A stretch of 64,000 nt of DNA from Paramecium tetraurelia (GCA_000165425.1 CT868429.1:700196-764195); one strand, 5' to 3'; counted from the first letter of the stretch, positions 13,301 through 31,079 are shown. Notes: generated from the sequence alone by a model not told the origin. Numbers and translations: made by a program.

Positions 13301-16300
13301 TAAGATTCACTGTACTCACATTAGCTATTTTAACATTACTAATCATTATCCACACATTGAGAAGCATTTTAAACCCAAATACAATTTTAATTCTGGGATT
13401 TTAAACACGAATTATAATTTCTATTTTCACAAGGTACATTTATAAATTCATTTAAATACTTCTCACATTTCTCATTTTCCCAAATACATGATAAATGGTT
13501 TTACACTTATAAACATGCTTGTCGATTCATCTATAGACATAAAGAAATCTATATGAATGGTCTTGTTATGTCCTTGGAACACTTGAATTACTTAAGGTCA
13601 AAAAAGTATAAGTCACCTTAGAGTTTTGTACACCCATAATGATTTAGGTTTTATAGATTGCTTAAAGGCTCCAGTGAGCAATATTCAAAATTTGACTTTT
13701 CATTATAAAATAGGTAATAATCTGAATCCTTGAAGAGACAGAAGTAATAATCAAAGATTATATCACTACCAAGGATCATAGTGATAGGATATTTTGGCTT
13801 GCACAATTTTGTATACTCCTAATAATAGCATTCAGATGTGTTATCTGGATTTTCCATAACAGACAAGCATAATTGTTTATTGACATTAAAATACTGCACA
13901 TTCTCACAAAGCAATGGTTGTTTGTAGGTTTTACATTAATCGGAGCCGAATTCTTAATAGCAATGCAATCCTGGAATGTCTTTCAAACAAAAAGTATCCA
14001 AACGTTCGCATTACAATGGCAAAGAGTAACAGAATGGTTCTCCTTAGGTAGTCATTCCGAATTTGCAATTAAAAATAGATTCGCACGTTAGTATTGAAGG
14101 ATGTATTATGTCATCAAACATTTCGCACAACAATCTTGCATCCGAGGCTCCGCAAAATTAATACCAGCTATAATTGTAGTAAGAACATTAGAGAGATCTT
14201 TACAATAAGCAACTATAACTGTCCTGACTAAATGCATTGCAAAGATATTATTCTGAAAAGTTCACATCAACCATTTGACTCTTTGTTAAGAAATTCATTT
14301 TAACGCACTCAAAAGTTGAAACCTAATATATACAAATTGGTTGGTATTGTCTACAAAAGTTTTCTGAAACATAATTAAATTAATCACATTCATAGATATC
14401 AGTATCAAGTATAGTGAAACATTTATTCTGATGGAATACACAGAATTTGGATCTATGTTACAGACATTCTTTAATAGTTAGAGCTTCTTCACAGTCATAA
14501 TCTTAATTAACACATTGATTGTCCAGCCATTGACAATATTAAAATTGGGTTTGACATATTTCGAAACTAACAGATAACCAACAGGGCACTTAACTTACTT
14601 AGGTTACACATCCGTTCTATCCTGCCGCACAGCTGAAGTTACTTGATTAGCAAATCTGCCAGCTCATGGATTCATCAAATTTTTGAGGGCAATCACCAAA
14701 GTATTATCCGCATGCTGAATTAGAGTAATTCCAATAGCAATTCTAAACACCTTAAAAGCAAGCATTCATATTCCTATATTTGCATTCAACATTTAAATTT
14801 TCAAGATTTTGGCATATCTCACCAATAAACACACAGTTTTCATAAGTATACAATAGACATAGCATTTTTGAGGCACCTATTTAGTTACACTTGAATGTAT
14901 TTGAACTTAGAGGTTACTTACATGTTTTACTCTAAACATCATAATAACAAGCATCCATGGCTTTATTACAAATTTATGGATTATAGTATTGCATATCGTA
15001 ATTAGACAAATTATCACAGCTGTCTGAAAATGAGAGGTACATCTATACACACTTTTTGTCCTGTGCAATATGACATATCTAACCGGGTGTCACAATTTGA
15101 TTACATATTTACAGATTACTTTAATGACATTCCAAGACTCCTAACAATTATTACTAATAATCTGAAGGTCCAATTATCAAATTACATCTATTATTACTGA
15201 AATAACAATTTTATTAAGTATAGGCTACACATCTATGCATATTGATCATTCTATTGTATCCACAATCAGAATCAGAAATAGAGGATGTAGATGATACACA
15301 TTGCTAATCAATGACTTCACAAAATTGATCATCTGTTAGAGTCAGGGAAAGATGGGATGCCATTTAAGTGCAAGTATTAAGATTGCTTGTATTCTGATAG
15401 GAATAGCAAGTGGTTTAGAATTACTATTTATATGATCTGCATTTGACTTTGGGATCACTGGGAATGGAACCCCAGAAACAATTCTAGTTTATAGTTGTTA
15501 TGGTAATACACGTTTGATGGGAGATGAATTCAGAATCACAGTTCAAAATATCTAAAGAGTTAATGGCATCCATACACCTGTTTTACACATTGTCAAAATA
15601 ACATTAACCCGCTGATGTGAAACAACCTTAATTGTTAACATAACTATGACAGTTGTCAGCTTGGCCAGAGAGAATCGAGCATCCAAAAACGTTGAAATCA
15701 TATTTGCAACTAAAGTCTTGGCTTGTAAATCTACACACATTTGGACTCACTTTTTAGAATTCATTACAGTAATATTACACAATTAGACTCACTTTCAGGG
15801 AAATGCATTTGTTCTCATTCCATTAACAGTTTTCTTTTTAATTGGATAGACACTATTCCTAATTGATGCCTGGAGTTTCACAACGAAGATCAATCAATGA
15901 TGATGAGTAACAACTTAATGTATCTGGATTGTAGAGACATATTTATGACTCTTAGACTATTCCATATTTACATAAATTTGGATTAACAAACTACATTGAA
16001 TCACAAGAAATAGATTTATTAGTAACATGGATACATCTTTAGAGAGAAGCATCCCATTTTGTATTAGAATTAATTAGAGCAAAACATAATTCCTAATTTA
16101 TTCTCCCATTAATTCCATTATTACATGGCATATTATCCAGGTCATAATCTTTATCTTAAAAGTCAACACAAGGCAGATATAAATTAATGTTTTCACTTTT
16201 ACAAGTCCTTGTAGCCATGTCATAATAGTTGTATAATCCTTTTTGAGACATACACAAATTATAGTTCATGACGATAGATGAAGAGAAGGATTAATAATGA

Positions 16301-17801
16301 GAGAACAAGTTTTAATCTTTAACATTTAAACATTCACCTAAATTCCAAATACAAAATTAATCATAGACACTAACAGAAGAGCAACAAAATATTGAATTGC
16401 AATCTTGACATCTTAATTACTCAATAAATTTGATTTCCTCACACCTCTAAATACTATTATTCCAATAACAATTCATACTCATCTACTAACAATATTTTTT
16501 ATTCATTCCTATTTGATTACACCCACTCAAAGGTATGCAAACTAGAAATATTGATTATTTTGAATCACTTAGATTTCCCAAATTACTACCCAACCATCTG
16601 CATGCTGAATTATTTTCACAAACAGACTTAGATGTCAAATTAGAACACTATTTAGAGCATTGTCCTTTGGGTGTAGAAATATCTAAATAGCAATATTATT
16701 GGGCCACAGTAGCACAACTATAGTGAGTTGCAATACCACTCAATGTCTTACATTCATCAGTCTCTACACTTAAATCGGTATTCATGCATTGGAATTCCTA
16801 TGTGTAATCCACCAAACATTTAATCTCAGTACTCCTGAATCTTTAGCATACCAGACCACTCAAATCCTAACACTACAACTGTTATTTATTGATGTAGGAC
16901 TAATCTGACAATTCATCCAATGTAGTTGGTTCGCATTCTGATTTAGCAAAGACAGTAAGAATTGGATTAGTTGGATGCACATTTAGGTATTTGCAATAAA
17001 CATGATTCACTCCCCGTATTATTCCATTTAAGCTAAATAACTTCAAAAACTTGTTTTCATTTAATATTTCTTAGGCTATGCAACCATACCTTTGAAAATC
17101 ATTAAGTTTGGCTAAGATAATAATTAAATTTTACTGTCAGATATCGATTACTTTGTAGAATATGTATACCATATAAACATTCCATTCGAATCTATAACAT
17201 TATCTTTCAAAGTAGTATCTTGATAGGTCCTGGATTCCGAGAATTCAACACCTGCTTCGATTTACACTTTTCTTTAGGCCTCCGATACAACATCTGGAGA
17301 GTAATCTAAAAGTGTCCATAATAGTGAATGATGAATGATTAGGAATCCTGTTATCCTACTGCACACTGATGCACTCAATTCTAAATTTTGAAATATAGTA
17401 TTGATATTGTTAAATTCTGTTTAATTTAAATATTTGCATTGGTCATCTTCCCATTTACATAATTAATCAGGATTGGTTACAGAGAGACATCCAGACTTTG
17501 ATAATTTATCTGAGCATTTTAGAAAATATTATTCATAAACAGTATGACAAGTCATATCAAATATACACATTGCTGTTGTACCATCTAGTTTCCCAATTTA
17601 TTTGGTACATAGTTTTTCACTCAAAGTTAGATCGCATCCAAATAAATAATTGTTTGACCATTTACAAACTTACCCATTCCATTTACATTGCTCCTCTTTT
17701 ATTATGATGCACTCTTCATATGTGGTTTATTGAACACAAACATCTAAACTTTAAGCATATTTAATTAGGAAAAGAATAATGATGCTTCTTATTAAAAACA
17801 T
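10397..17801 (-). CDS. Large Cys-rich surface protein (surface-antigen-like repeats) with signal peptide and GPI-type C-terminus, about 2459 aa
   Basis: Starts MFLIRSIIILFLIKYAQSLDVC. Periodic C..C.W....C repeats throughout. Ends QLIGQFILILLFFQ-TGA. A single 25-nt intron (12134-12158) makes the length divisible by 3. Confidence 0.85.
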
Positions 17802-18066
17802 TGTTTAATACTATTATGTTTAATATAATTTCATTAAATGCAATTGAATATAATATATAAAATATGAATAGGAATCAACTTCTTAAGAATGATTATTCAA
17901 ATATATTTTTGTCTATGTATTTATGTTAATATAATTATATATTAATTAAGTTTATTTATAATCCTAATATCTAATATAAACTATTAATTCTGGTATGATT
18001 CTATTGAGCAATTTGATAATGAATCTGTAAAATGTGGAATTCAAATAAATAAATTTCTACAAAATA

Positions 18067-21000
18067 ATGATGTCAATTTTGGATGTCGAATAACTATGCT
18101 CAAATCAAACTCAGCCTATTGAACCCGAATAAATTTTTATAAAATATATATCTGATAGGCCTGATCATCTGAATTTTTGGAAAATAGCCATAAAGATTGA
18201 AAAGAATGTTTGCAATCAAGTAATCTCTTAAGGATAATTGGCATTCAAATGTTCTACGTGTTTTGGTGGTACTCCACATTTATTTTGTTCTTAATGTTTT
18301 AATATTGAAAGACATAAAAGTATACATTTAATATATATCCAAGATCATAACTGTTACTATACTGCAATCACAGGTAACTGTAGCTGTGGAAGTTTTGCAC
18401 CTGAATAGAATTGCGAGGTTCATTAAACATTAAAAGAATAGAACTTAAACTAATTTGAAGTGATACCAGCTGATTTAGCAGAAAAGATTGAGTAATTCAT
18501 TATGACTACAAGTTCAGTTTATAACTAAGTCATGAAACAAATAGAAATGTAATGGCATAATTATAGACAGGCAATCATGTAATTGTATCATTTGTGTCAA
18601 AAGTTTAAAATCAGTTAAATCTAATAAACTATAGACTAAAGGATAAATTATAAAGACTATTACAATTTATTAGTCAAAAGTTAATGCCTTCATTAAACCA
18701 TATTTAATATTATTGATTGGTTGACCAAAGACAGAGAAGTATTTCAAAATCTGATTGCCAATATATTCCAAAACCAATTACCAAATTGCACCTATTCTTT
18801 ATATGAAAGTCTCATAAGACATTAAACATTATAAGAAGCAGCATCACCAGAGTTACCATTCTTTATTGGAAATATAATAGAAAGGTTGGCCTCAAATTCT
18901 AATTTCTTTGAATTTATATGCAAAGTTAATCTCAAAGTATTTTCAAGCCTATTTTTACTTGCTAAAAATGCATCAACAAAGACTGCTGATACTATTTTTG
19001 ATTACGTTGATTTGTTAAATGAATAGTAGAATAATATTGATCCTTAGTATGCTAACAAGAATAAGAAAAAAATAGAGGAGGTAAATAAAAACGTTGAAAC
19101 ATATTTGCAAGAATTACAACAAGATAATTTTACATCTTACAGTTACATTCCGTGTGAGCTTATTACATGGTTTAGGTAATCTACTAATGAAATCGCAATG
19201 AAGGCTCTAGTAGATAATTTAGATTAAATTCAAGTCTTTGATCTTTTGGAAGACGTCTACAGTTAACTCCATGTTCCATTAGGAGAAATGTAATGTTATC
19301 CTTGGGAAGTAATTAAATTCTTTGGACCAAAATTTAGAAGCCCCCAGTTTGACCAGTTTAATATGATTTCATTGAAAAATGCTTTAGGAACTGATTATGA
19401 TAAATTTAAAACTCAGAATGCTGATTTGAATCTGATCAAAAATTTTGACTATGGAAAATGTTTATTAACTAAACTCATTAATTGCTTAGGCAAGGCTTCA
19501 CTATCAAATTTACCAAATAAACCTTTTGATTATAAATTCTCAATGAATGAAGATGTTGATTTAAAATATTACATACACTTTGAGGGAGAATTCATTAAAG
19601 AAATAGAAAATGCAATTATTAGCTTGTTTTGTGATTCTGAAAGTACTCCATAACTGGAAATGAACTTCATTTCAGTAATCCTCGTCTAAATCTATCAGTT
19701 AATTAAAAATAAAAGAAATTTTGGAGTAAAACTAGAGACTCTCCTGGCCTAAAAATTCTCTCAATACATAGATTAAGAAGAAGATTCTTCAATCAAATTG
19801 GCAAAAGCTAGAAAAATGTATTGTTATTTCATTAAAAATGCCTCCATTTTAGATAAATTGTTTATCAAAATTCTAAGTTTGCATTTGTCTCTTAAAGAAT
19901 ACTCAGAACCTCAACAATTTCTAGATTTCCTATAGTCAATTTTAGATGATTCAATATAAGTAATTAAATAGAATTTTTAATAAATTTTATAAAGATGCAT
20001 CTAGAAATTTACTACTGTTTGGACAATGATTGATGATAATGTAGATTAAATGTATTACGGTTTAAAAGAAAACAATTTGAGATCAAAACTAGAGTCGTTA
20101 GATACTGCTTTTGGAAAACTATATATATATTTATTTGGTGAAGAAGGCATGCTAGATGTCTATAAGGCTATAAACAATATGCTCCTTCCAGATATTACGA
20201 TGCAGTGCTCCATCACCTAGTAATTAATTAATTAAACTATAGTTTATATCTACTGAGGATGATTGCATCAGATCTTGATATTTATAACTCATCCATATTT
20301 TACTTTTCTAAATAAGAATGCCTCCCTACGATTCTTCATCAAGCACTCTAAAGAATACTTCAAATTATTATGAACGTAGAAGGATAGACCACGTTCTAAA
20401 CACTACAATAAAGATTTGAAGAATTTGGAATTACCTTCCCAAGAAAAAAGAGTTTTGTTTTTAACTTCTTAGAATTAGATGAAAACACTAAATTACTTAA
20501 GCTGAAAAGCGAATATCCTCCTCTCTATGATCCAATTATTTTTGCTTCAAATTCAGAATTAAAGAAAATAGTTCTGAAAACTTTACAATAAAAAGGCACC
20601 GAAAATAAGACTCTGCTCTTTGGAAATGGATTGTATTCGAACATAAAATAATATGATTAAGAAAATTAGTATTTAATCTAAAAGAAAATACTCAATTATT
20701 TATCCTCCAAATAGAATCTTATAGATAATCTATAATTTTTATCGAAATACAATAACAGTGAAGACGAAACTGCAATTTTTATATAAAATTTATTGTTAGC
20801 AGCCTCATATTTTAGAATTGAAGAACTAAAAAGCAATAAAATACTTATTCTTTAGCTCTTACACAAATTACATCAAGATTCAAAGTCCGAAAACAATAAA
20901 TTATAGTATGCCTTGTTAATTGAGCAATCCAAAAAACTCTCATTTTTACAAGACGATCTGTTATTTACAAAAATCTAAGCTAAACCGGACCAATCTTAAA

Positions 21001-22379
21001 TGTAATAAAATACAGTTATAAACTCAATCTAACAAAGTAATTAATAGTAATGTGATGGCTGCAAACTCTAATTATAAGATAAATTTTGTATTCCACTATT
21101 ATTGTTCAAGAAGAGCAATAATAAACATTTGTCTATGCCTGAGACATTGATCTCGTAACTGAATAACCAGGATCATAATTTACTTCAAATAAGTGTAAAT
21201 GGATGTTCACACTATTACCATCCAAATTGTATAATGCTAAACCAACAATAATAATTTTACAACTAACTTCCTGGATGGTATAAACAGGTCTGTAGATTGT
21301 GTAATCATCCATTCAATATACAAATGCCATCGCATAAAGTAATCTCCTAATTAGAAGTTCAATTTTTTAATAAGGCTCTTCTAGATAGTGTCAATGAAAA
21401 TGGATTATGGGAGTATTTAGTAAAATCAAATTAAAACCAACATCAAAACATCATTATCGAAATTTACATTTAAATCATAATTGATTTGTTATAATAATTA
21501 TTTATTGACACCAAAAGATTCAGAGATCTAAACAGAACAATTGTGTTAAATTAGGTTATTTATTTATTGGAACAAACTATAATGATATATTAATCATCAC
21601 TTTTTAAAATACAACCTAAAGCCTATAAATTTAATGCAGGTATATCGATAATCTTTGATATCCTCAATTCCATCAATAATAATATCATTATTACTTAAAA
21701 TAAATTACAATTAAAAAAAGAGATACTATCAGTGGCACTTAACTAAAAATATGATTAATACAGATAAACCTTATTGGATATATTTGGTATCTCTACCTAA
21801 GAAGTCTAAGAGTTTTAGGATCCAAATAAAATTTAGATTGAGGAATCAGATCCTCTCATAGAATATTATTAAAAAATCTATGAAAAATTTTAAGAAAGGC
21901 TCAATACTTAATTAGGCGAGAATTTTGCTGAGTTCCATAAGAAGTATTTTACTAAGGGATGTGAATTATGCAAATATCACAATGCATAATTTGAAAATAA
22001 TTAGGATATTCTTGTATGTGTAATTTGTGAAAAAGTGTTTTGTATGAAATAATGCATAAGATCTAAATTCGGAAATTTGAACCAACATGCAATTTAAGAA
22101 CACTCTGGAGGATCCTTTTTTATAAGTCTAATCACTGGGTAGATTACTTTAATCCAGCATCCTATATCATTGCATTCTGCTTTTGATTTATTTTATTTTG
22201 ATAACTTTGGAGTAGAGAAAATAAATTCAGTGGCAGTTGAGAAGTGGTCAAAGTTCGAGACAAATCAACAGGTTCTCAAGAAGATTGTTGAGTTAATTAT
22301 CTATAGCTAATATGGGATTACGATAAGTAATAAAAAATTAGAGAACAGCTAAGGTATAACAACAGATGGAAGATTATGA
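18067..22379 (+). CDS. UBR1/2/3-like E3 ubiquitin ligase (UBR box, RING, C-terminal Cys/His UBR domain), about 1421 aa
   Basis: UBR box CNQVISQGQLAFKCSTC...FCSQCFNIERHKNHNC...GNCSCG...CEVH. RING CDGC...GCSHYYHPNC...CRLC at about 21050-21310. C-terminal CELC...VCLICEKVFC...LNQHAIQEHSGGSFF. Introns at 18320-18343 and 20220-20242. Confidence 0.8.
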
Positions 22380-22447
22380 TTATAAATAAGTATAATATTA
22401 ATGTAAAACAGGAAAAATGTAATTTGTTGTATAAATTTAATTGTTGT

Positions 22448-24842
22448 TCATATAATGTTTTATACCACTTATCTAAATACAAGGCCGGCAAATAAATTCT
22501 TTTTATTCGATACTTTATCTAGTAGTCTCTGTAATAATTGTTGTTTGTTCACAATTTTACTAATTTTGGTGATGTTATCATGAGGGTAATAGAATTCATA
22601 TTCTTCGACTTTGTCTATATCAAAGTCATTGTAATGTTCATCTTGAGGTAGGGTATTTTGAGAAAGCGAATGCTAATGGTCGTTGAATTAAGAGAAACTC
22701 TGCCTCCTTGCCTGAGGAGATTGGTATTTATCTTCTTCTTCATCACTTTACTGTTGTTGCTCATAACCTGGGTACCCAATTTTGTTCAGGAATGCTTAAT
22801 CAATTTGGACTCCTAATTGTGTCCTCATTTTGATGATGTGATCATAGGCTCCATTGAGGACACCTGTTCTTTGCTATTTGTATTTAGACTTTTTTCTGGC
22901 AAAGGTTTGTCTGCTCTGTACATGGTTGCTATGACAAGCAGCTAACACTTTGTAGGTATTTTTTTTAAAGAAAACAAGAGGGCAATTTTTAAATTAATGA
23001 TGAGACTGGCAAGCCTCACAAATAATCAGATTTGTGTTTTGACCAAAAACAGTATTGTCTATGGCATACCGGTATTGTTCAAAACTAGATCGATGATTTT
23101 GGATGATAGATTGAAATTCAGAGAGATTCAAGTAGGCTACTTGAACAAAGGAGGATGCAACAATATTATATTGCATAAAGTCTTGATAAAAGAATTCTCT
23201 TTCGCAGAGTAGATTTCCTTATTGATATCTTTTGATTGATTTTTCCAATATGAGAGATTTGACTTGTCCTGCTAATACAATGTATAATTGATTTGGCAAT
23301 TCATCCTTCCTAAATGTGTGATAAGAATGAATACCTAATGATAACCTCTTCAGGAGCGAATGTTCTTTCATGAATACAAAAACATAGCTTCTTGATGAGA
23401 TCATCGGAGAAATTGGTTCCAAACAATTTGGAATGTTTAAGATAACGATAGTACATTGCAATTTGGACTTCCTATTTGAGTTTGGGATTGAGTTGTCCCA
23501 TGAGTTCATCCAAATCCAGTTCCTCGTCCTACTTAAATTACAAATAGTATTCGATGTATTTGCGAACTCTAAACTGTAATTGAGTATTCAATCCTCTCTA
23601 CTTAATATGATTACTCACTAATCTCAATCTGGAATTGTTGATGTTAGTTTACTCAGCCATTTTATAGAAAATACTTTATATCATTCCTAATGCGTACCCA
23701 AAAACTCCAGTGACCAAGAAAGTGATGATAGTGACTAATATTTTCTCAGGGGTTGTAACTGGAACAATATCGCCATATCCAACAGTCATTGATGTGATAG
23801 TAATCCAATAGAGTGAATTGAAATATTTGGTGTACAAATCCTCATCAAATATATTCTATTGGTGTAACCAAGTGTGAGTGTAACCTTGGTCTACTTCATA
23901 AAGGGCAAAGTAGTGGAATAGACAAGCACAAAAATGAGAAATCAACAGCAACGAATAGATTAGACAAAATAGTTGATAGATGATTGCACTCTTCTCCTTG
24001 AAATTGGATATCTCCTCAATTACTATCATTGTTCTTCTGACTCTTGTCATTCGAATCAACATCAGATAGTTTGCAGCCGAATATCCCATCCAAGATAAAA
24101 TGAAGGGCAAAACTATTGCCAAATCCAATAGGAAGTCACCCTTTATGTAATGCCAAAAGATCTTCGCTTTATTTCTTTGCAGTATTCCTCGGTCGTAATA
24201 TCCTTTGAAGAATGTTAGGATTAAATCAATCAAAAATATACAACTCGGCAATGTGCTAAAAAGAGTAAAGATGCTACCCATATCGTCTTCATTGAGATTA
24301 AATGACAACTACAAAGGCACATAGAAGATATTGGCGATTGTCACCAACATCATCAATAGATCCCATACGAAAAGGAACTTATCTGCAGGTAATAGAACCG
24401 TTTCATCACTTTTCAGAAAACACCAAAAACGCCACCATAATGGATTGCTGGCATGAGCCTCATATTTTATTTGTATCCACTAACTTAATTGAAATTTAAT
24501 TACTCTTGTGGGTTTTTGAAATAACATATAATTATTTAGATAATATTGAAATGAAGAAGCCTTATCTCTAATTAATAGAAAGATGCTTTTCTTCAACAAT
24601 TTAAATCTGTATGTCGTCGAACTGTGTTTAAGACGAGTAATGAAAATCGTTATTTTCTATATGATCCTTAACGGTTTGGATTTCCACACTCTATTAATAT
24701 ACTCTATCTATTGTTACGAGCTGTTTTCTAACATCTCCAATTGCCTGTCAACTTTATTGAGTGCATCCAATTCGATCTCCTGATCCTCCATCTTCTCCTG
24801 CTCTTCCTTCCTGAATCTAATCTTTTAGAGTCCGGGTATCAT
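22448..24842 (-). CDS. Voltage-gated K+ channel with cyclic-nucleotide-binding domain (EAG/HCN-like ciliate family), about 789 aa
   Basis: S1-S6 helices, pore motif TSMTVGYGDIVP, C-linker and CNBD (ERTFAPEEVIIR/KDELPNQLYIVLAGQV). One 25-nt intron near 23310-23335. Confidence 0.92.
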
Positions 24843-24900
24843 TAAAAATAAAAATAATGTTTGTTTATTTAATATACGCAAATATACGTATTAATAATGC
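24843..24900. promoter_or_regulatory. Putative 58-bp bidirectional promoter between divergent genes
   Basis: Only 58 bp separate the channel ATG (minus, 24842) and the CCP ATG (plus, 24901). The spacer contains the tandem AATATACGCA/AATATACGTA. Confidence 0.4.
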
Positions 24901-26577
24901 ATGAATAAAAAATTGCAATTAATCACTACTCATAACTATTCCTTAATAAATTATCTTAAAGTATTCCAAAAGAAGCTACAACTCCTCGACACCACCATCC
25001 AACCCCAATCAAATTAACAAAACGGACAACTCACTTTCATTACAAGTTCAATTTAGATATACTCCTTATATGATTCCTCCAACTTGTTCTATCTCACAGA
25101 AGACAACGACACAATTAATATATTATTAAATAGTGATTCAAACACCAACGGATGCACACAATGGTTTCATTTTCAGGTTTAAGCATTAAAACCTACAGTA
25201 ACAATAAAATTTAAAATATTAAATAATCGAAGAAGGCAATAGTTATTGACTAATTTTAAACCCTACACATCCAAATCAACCTGCTTTGATTTGCACTACT
25301 ACAAAACCAACATCCATCATCCCTACTATGCAAATGACGACGCCTAAATAGCAAAATACCAACAGTTAATGCACTTCTACACTCTAGAGTTTAAATTCAC
25401 CTTTTAAAACGATGAAATAGTTACCTTTGCATACGCTCAACCCTACCCCCTCTCTAGAGCGCTTTCCTTAACTGATTATAAGACAGTTGGATACACATAA
25501 CTAAATAACCCAATCATACAAATTAAAAGAGGTAAAGCCAAATAATATGTGGTAATCTTGGCTAGATAACATCCTAGCGAAACCAGTGGGTCTTTCGTAG
25601 TTGAACAGCTAATAAATATAATCAACTCTTCCAAATATCGATATATCATATACCCTATGGTAAATCCAGATGGAGTTTTCTTAGGCAATAGTCGCTGCAA
25701 TTTACATGGTGTTGACTTAAATAGAAAATGGATTAATCCCCAATTATCATCCGAACCAGAGATCTACTATATCAAATCATCTTTAGAGAAGTACAAATAG
25801 AAAATTACAATGATGGTCGATCTGCATGGTCATTCAACCAAATAACACTACTTTATATATGGGTGTGCCAATAATTAAAATAACAATAATGAAATTAAGA
25901 ATTTTATAGCTAAATTTTAGAATCACTCTTTATTCCATATGAAGCATTGCTCTTTAGAAACTTAAGCCAATAGAAAGAGCACTGCCAGATAGACATTCTG
26001 GTATCAATACAAGGTGTAGTTCTCAATTACTATTGAAATTAGTTTATTCGGTTCATTAAATGGCAGATTCAGTGATTCAGATTACAAAGAGATTGCACAA
26101 CAAATATATGATTCTATTGAAAAGTGCAATGAACCCATAGCTGATCAGACTACATTGCCAGTGATTGATTGTTTGGGTAATGATTAGGATGAGTCGGATA
26201 GCGAATGCGAATAGGATTTCGTTTTTGAGGTAGCTTAGAAGAGAGACAGTTACAAGGAACCCAAGAAATTCTTGTTCAAGTAGAAAACCATACAGACTGA
26301 GACTCAATGTGTTTAGTAGGAACAATAATTAAAGAAATTGTTATTGCCTCAAATAAAGAAGATCAAATCGATGACCAAGTCAGAACACAAATCTTCAACT
26401 AAAATGGAGTTTGAAAATCAGCTGAAAGTCAAATAAGATTCATTTTAAAAAAATTTTAATATCATAAATTATTTCCCTTAAAGAAATACTCAACCCAAGA
26501 GAATGAGTTCTATAAAGAAAGATTTGAATTTAAATAAATGCCCTTAGATAAAGGTAGATTAAATGAAAAATTATTGA
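24901..26577 (+). CDS. Cytosolic carboxypeptidase (M14 CCP/AGBL family, tubulin-deglutamylase-like)
   Basis: Motifs YDSSNL, TQWFHF, AYAQPYP, ARQHPSE (Zn ligands), PMVNPDGVFLGNSRC, DLNRKW, DLHGHS and TIEIS, in one open frame to TGA 26575-26577. The start codon is less certain. Confidence 0.85.
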
Positions 26578-26598
26578 ATGTTATAAAAATCAATTAAG

Positions 26599-27290
26599 TC
26601 ACTTATGTTTGTAGTAAATATTTTTGGACTTTCTACAATCCAAGCAATACCATTTACTATTAGGAACTGTTAATTCTAATTAGGCTGGATCACAAAAAGT
26701 GTGGCAAAATGTATCATTACATTTATCACATATCAGCATCAAATAAGGAGTATGGGAACCTAAGCAAACTTGGCATCTCTCCTCATCCTCATAGTCATCT
26801 TCAGATTCGTAAAATTCATCTTCCTCTTAATTCCATTTCGGCAAATTTAAATTTAATTTTAGTGGATTGTTTTCCCTTTTCCCATCTTTAATAGGATAGA
26901 TGAATTTGAATTTTGCCCTGCAACAGGGACATTATGTCTTATACTTCTCTGCCCATTCCTTAATACAAGTTAAACATATCTAATGATTGCATTTATCCAC
27001 CTCACAAACCTTTTATACATCATCCAGATTCATCAAACAAATAGGACATTCCTCTTGTGTTTATTATTATAATCTAGTTTTCCTCTTTTACCCCGAGATA
27101 AAGTGCTTGGGCAAAGTTTTCGAACTTGGTATTTACTATTAATCAATTAGGATCATTATCTTACTTATTTTGGTAATATCGTCACAGTCTCTTTAGTATC
27201 TGGACTATCAAGGATCAATCTCTTTTTTCTTTATTTATCATTCTGCCATTCGCTTTATTTATTTTGTATTTGATTAGACCTTCTCGACAT
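26599..27290 (-). CDS. Small RING + PHD finger protein (PHRF1-like architecture)
   Basis: RING ECPICL...KCNHQICLTCIKEW...CPCCR, an acidic linker, then PHD CQVC...LMLICDKCNDTFCHTFC...VPNSKWYCLDC. One 29-nt intron containing an in-frame TGA. Confidence 0.85.
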
Positions 27291-27560
27291 TTTTAGTTGA
27301 TTTTATTTTTAAACTAAATTTTCAATTAAACTATTATAAACTCATTAATAAAAGGAATAATTAAAAGTTCTTTTTAATTTATTAATTTAATCATAATATG
27401 ATATGAGAAAATAATTAATACAAATAACTTATGATCTTAAACTAATTAAAAATATTTGTAAAAGTAAATAACAATCTCATCTAGAAGGAAATAATAAAAT
27501 GATCTAAAGAACATACAATTTATAAATAATTTTAGATGATTTATTATATTAGAGCACTTA

Positions 27561-31079
<3,519 letters not shown>

